Positions 21,161-23,215 of a stretch of DNA of 23,215 bases are shown here, one piece after another. The notes below the pieces were generated by a model. The model searched no databases. It saw only the letters and a program-made list of their open reading frames with translations, and was not told where the DNA came from. Origin of the DNA: Octopus sinensis (taxonomy: Eukaryota); the NCBI RefSeq assembly GCF_006345805.1, contig NW_021836506.1, positions 1 through 23,215 of the forward strand, in the 5' to 3' direction. Each line of letters opens with the position of its first letter. The first letter of the stretch is position 1. The position numbers and the translations under genes are program-made.

Positions 21161-21410
21161 TTGATTATACAGAAGCCATGTCGATTACCTGAGTTTCTTG
21201 ACATCACAGACAAATCATGATTCGATCTTCAGTCTCTAGATTCTAATCTCTGTGTAGAATAGGTGACACGATACTCTTTCCCTGTACCAAGGTATGTCGA
21301 CATGTTTTCTAACCAACGAAGCATTAATACTGTATTTTACAGGGTGTTTTGAATTCTAATTCGACCCCTGTACTCAACTGTAATATATCGTTTCCGAAAA
21401 GTGAAAGACA

Positions 21411-21411
<1 letters not shown>

Positions 21412-21443
<32 letters not shown>

Positions 21444-21491
21444 AGTAGTAGTAGTAGTAGTAGTAGTAGTGGCTGCAGCAGCAGCAGCAGT
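21412..21491. repeat. (AGT)n/(GCA)n microsatellite
   Basis: Directly visible. Confidence 0.9.
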
Positions 21492-21764
21492 ATTATGGGG
21501 GCGTGCACTGTTACAGAGCATCGCTGCATCCACCATTCGTTGGTGATGATACCTTTGCACCTGGCAGATAATACCTTTGCACCACCCAGGCGACAACCCT
21601 ACAACCCAGAGGTCTGTTTGGAGTTGGTAACCGTTGCTGGTGAGGGTTTTACAGGGTTTTTACCCTGTACAAACCTAGCCTCAACCTCTTTTAGTCACTT
21701 TTTATGACACGCAGAAAACGAAACGTTGGTTCTATTCTTTGGCATGCTGATCTGCACACGGTAC

Positions 21765-22035
21765 AAAAGCAACGTAGAATGAAGTGTTTTGCTCAAGAAT
21801 ACAACACGCCACCTGGTCTGGGATTCGAACCCACTATCTAGCGATCGTGAGTGCAGCAGCCTAACCACTAAACCACGCAAATTGACAGGGAAAGTCAACC
21901 CTGGCGGCATTTGAATTCAGACCGTAAAATCGGAAGAAATTTCACTAAGCATTTTGCCAGCTCACCGCCTTCGTACGGAAAACTAAATACCGCAAAGCAT
22001 TTTATCTACCGCTCTACCGATCTTGCCATCGATTG
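21765..22035 (-). mobile_element. SINE family 3 head (21765-21878) plus decayed family-2 fragments
   Basis: gaagtgttttgctcaagaatacaac..ggattcgaaccc..ctaaccactaa; then aaagtcaaccctggcggcatttgaa..tgccagctcaccgcc. Confidence 0.7.
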
Positions 22036-22571
22036 CGTTCGTCTCAGGAACAATATTACGAAAGTTATGAGTCACGAAAAAAAAAAACGGTTTCACATAC
22101 CTGACGAAAATTTCCAATGATTGAAAAACGGAACTAAATTATATGACTAATACACATGAATAATAGTCGAAGATTTATAGCAAGGATAAAACTCAGAATC
22201 CCTCAAGCGTTAGATACACAGCTAAACTTGGTTTTGGTTTTAATTTATTTGTGAAAGAGTTTTAGCAATTATGGATGCGAAGAATACGGTGTCTTCGTGC
22301 AATGATCGCTGGAAGCCAATAAAAAAATGGTTTGCAAAATGTCATTAAAATTTGTATTTGGTGTTCACCTTTGACCTTTTCGTCAAAACTTTTGGAGAAG
22401 TCAAAATGGAGGATAAATAGAGAGAGAAATTCCATTAGTATATCTGTTTCACGATAAGTATAAATATTGTTTTCAAATTTTGTTACGAAGTCAGCAATTT
22501 CGGAGTAGAGGGTAAGTCTTTTACATTCATCCCAGTACGCAACTGTTATTTGAATTGCCTATATATATATA

Positions 22572-22775
22572 AAGTTAATCCAAACAAGAAAACAAAAAGA
22601 CAACAACGCAAGGATGTGGAACAAATGAAGTATTATTGGACGCTCGAGAAAGAAGGGAAGAAGGAGGGCTTGACGTTTCGAGCGGAGCTCATCGTCGGAA
22701 ACATAGGAGAAGGAAAGATCCCGAGACGAGAGGACACAGGAAAAAAATCGCCGGTGGTATTAATGAGGTCACATA
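22572..22775 (-). mobile_element. Short hammerhead-motif-bearing element (H1)
   Basis: Minus strand 22702-22668: GTTT-CCGACGA-T-GAGC-TCC-GCTC-GAAA-CG-TC-AAGC. Confidence 0.75.
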
Positions 22776-22780
22776 CTAAT

Positions 22781-22814
<34 letters not shown>

Positions 22815-22816
<2 letters not shown>

Positions 22817-23020
22817 GGCAATTCAAATAAACGAATAGAAACGGGGAAAAAACGAAAAAAGCGGACTTGAGGAAGTGCATAAAAAGTGTATTAGCTTGAC
22901 TCGGTGAAAGGAGACAGTTTAACGTTTTGAGCATAGCTCTTCGTCGGGAATGAGTAAGAGAAAAGTTCAAAGAAAGAAAAGAAATCGTCAACGGCACACG
23001 TGTAGTTACATTGCTGAAGT
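22815..23020 (-). mobile_element. Short hammerhead-motif-bearing element (H1 subfamily c), tandem with the previous one
   Basis: Minus strand 22951-22917: ATTC-CCGACGA-A-GAGC-TAT-GCTC-AAAA-CG-TT-AAAC. Confidence 0.7.
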
Positions 23021-23215
23021 CTATATTATATATATATAAGCAATTATTGGGATAAACAGATTAGTCACATCAAATATATTGAATATACTAAGTACATCAA
23101 ATACAAAATATATATATATAAGTGTACATGCAAAACAAAAGGTGGAAACTGTCATATGGTGAATATATATATAAATATATATATATATATGTGGGGTGTG
23201 TGTGTGTGTGTGTGT

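Noticed and set aside
21338-21372. TACAGGG..CCCTGTA as Tc1-like termini (similar hairpin at 21650-21669)
   Set aside because: Too short; the right side fits a decayed family-2 SINE fragment and chance cannot be excluded.

Overview
AT-rich, microsatellite-dense eukaryotic non-coding DNA with no intact protein-coding gene. Most ORFs in the track are translations of simple repeats. The repeat families resemble those of an octopus (coleoid cephalopod) genome; this is inference from recalled repeat sequences. The window holds three or four tRNA-derived SINE families, a rearranged mariner remnant, two Penelope-like GIY-YIG remnants, stacked 3' ends of a non-LTR retrotransposon in (ACAT)n, a hAT/Charlie-like MITE and a 103/86-bp tandem array interrupted by a SINE. 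The most notable signal is about nine minimal type-I hammerhead-ribozyme-like motifs from at least four short element families, several in inverted arrangements. Also notable are a recursive-splice-site-like CAG|GTAAGT motif at 8988-8996 and a pre-miRNA-like hairpin at 5092-5186. All alignments and folds were done by eye.
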